A DNA stretch of 24,135 nucleotides, taken from positions 1 through 24,135 of the forward strand of contig JAJYFQ010000001.1 of assembly GCA_021785375.1 (NCBI GenBank), in the 5' to 3' direction. Positions within the stretch are counted from its first letter, which is position 1; the number at the start of each line of letters is the position of its first letter. This stretch comes from Candidatus Micrarchaeota archaeon (GTDB lineage: Archaea; Micrarchaeota; Micrarchaeia; Micrarchaeales; CABMGC01). The notes below the pieces were generated by a model. That model ran no database searches, was not told where the DNA came from, and saw nothing but the letters and a program-made list of their open reading frames with translations. Shown here piece after piece: positions 23,380-24,135 of this stretch. The translations under genes were made by a program, and so were the position numbers.

Positions 23380-24135
23380 ATGAAGACTATTATAACTGGT
23401 GTAAATGGATTCATAGCCACAAACATGGTCTATTATTATCTACAGAACACGGATGATGAGATAGTGGGCCTGTCCAAATACACGCACGCATCATATGCGC
23501 ATGAAGAGATGCTGACCCTCGCCCAGAAGGAACCACGTTTCAAGTACATACAGTGTGACATACTTGATGGCAATAGGCTGTGGTACATACTCGACAAGGA
23601 AGATCCTGATCAGATATTGCATCTCGCGGCTGAAGCAGATGTTGGGAGAAGCTTCCATCATCCGTACGAGTATCTTAAGGTGAATCTTGAGGGGACGCTG
23701 AACTTCCTTGAATGGCTAAGGGTGAACAGCGAGGTGCCGATGGTGCATTTCAGCACTGATGAGGTCTTCAGCGAACCGGATCACAAGACCGATGAAGAGG
23801 AAAGGCTCCACCCGAAGAACCCCTACTCGGCAAGCAAGGCCGCAGCGGAGCAGTATGTGCACGCCTACAACACCTGCTTCGGAACAAAGATACAGATGGT
23901 AAGACCCTCTAACAATTATGGCCCTTATCAGGGAACCAACAGGCTCATAGCAAAGACTATAATCAGGTGCCTGGAGGATGAACCATTCTACTTGTTTGCA
24001 GAGACGCAGAAACACAAGAGGTGGTGGATATACGCCGAGGACACGTGCAGTGCAACACACCTGGTAACAAAGAAGGGGGATCCCCAGGGAACTTATAACA
24101 TAACTTCATCGATAGAGCTTGATGTAGAGGACACT
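23380..24135 (+). CDS. dTDP-glucose 4,6-dehydratase (RmlB/RfbB-like), 3' end outside the window
   Basis: Absent from the ORF track (no stop). Translated by hand from ATG 23380: MKTIITGVNGFIAT...HLAAEADVGRSF...HFSTDEV...NPYSASKAAAEQ...RPSNNYGPYQ; open for 252 codons to the window end. Confidence 0.9.
   Translation, partial: MKTIITGVNGFIATNMVYYYLQNTDDEIVGLSKYTHASYAHEEMLTLAQKEPRFKYIQCDILDGNRLWYILDKEDPDQILHLAAEADVGRSFHHPYEYLKVNLEGTLNFLEWLRVNSEVPMVHFSTDEVFSEPDHKTDEEERLHPKNPYSASKAAAEQYVHAYNTCFGTKIQMVRPSNNYGPYQGTNRLIAKTIIRCLEDEPFYLFAETQKHKRWWIYAEDTCSATHLVTKKGDPQGTYNITSSIELDVEDT

Noticed and set aside
1-24135. tRNA, rRNA or integrase att sites
   Set aside because: No cloverleaf with a proper T-loop context and no direct repeats bracketing the accessory region were found by eye; a tRNAscan/Infernal run would be decisive.

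Overview
Archaeal genomic window, most likely Micrarchaeota/DPANN. This is inferred from the QSAMEYLMTYGWA-type class III pilin fused to LamG, the DUF359 and DUF929 genes, TATA boxes about 22-30 nt before start codons, and GGTGA/GAGGTG ribosome-binding sites. The left part (roughly 55-60% GC by hand sampling) holds sdhA/frdA plus the start of a probable membrane-anchor gene, an FMN split-barrel protein, a pilus assembly ATPase and a pilin-LamG gene. An accessory stretch follows: archaeal ATPase-PD-(D/E)XK nuclease, a single-ORF IS66, a DUF929 protein plus a small membrane protein, an AbiEi/AbiEii type IV toxin-antitoxin pair and a decayed DEDDh exonuclease. After dephospho-CoA kinase comes a lower-GC surface-glycosylation cluster (12.5-24.1 kb) with 4 GT2, 1 GT4, 4 SDR epimerase/dehydratases, an NDP-sugar C-methyltransferase, a nucleotidyltransferase and a methyltransferase-like protein. 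The most unusual signals are three. (1) The pilin 5' end is a small array in which an identical 30-nt hairpin element alternates with three diverging 21-nt copies of the QSAMEY-coding sequence, and the LamG core of the same gene is a low-GC insert between high-GC flanks; together these suggest a pilin cassette-exchange system. (2) A tandem pair of RmlB-like dehydratases, the first lacking its catalytic residues. (3) A probable branched (C-methyl) sugar pathway in an archaeon. No tRNA, rRNA or CRISPR array was seen.
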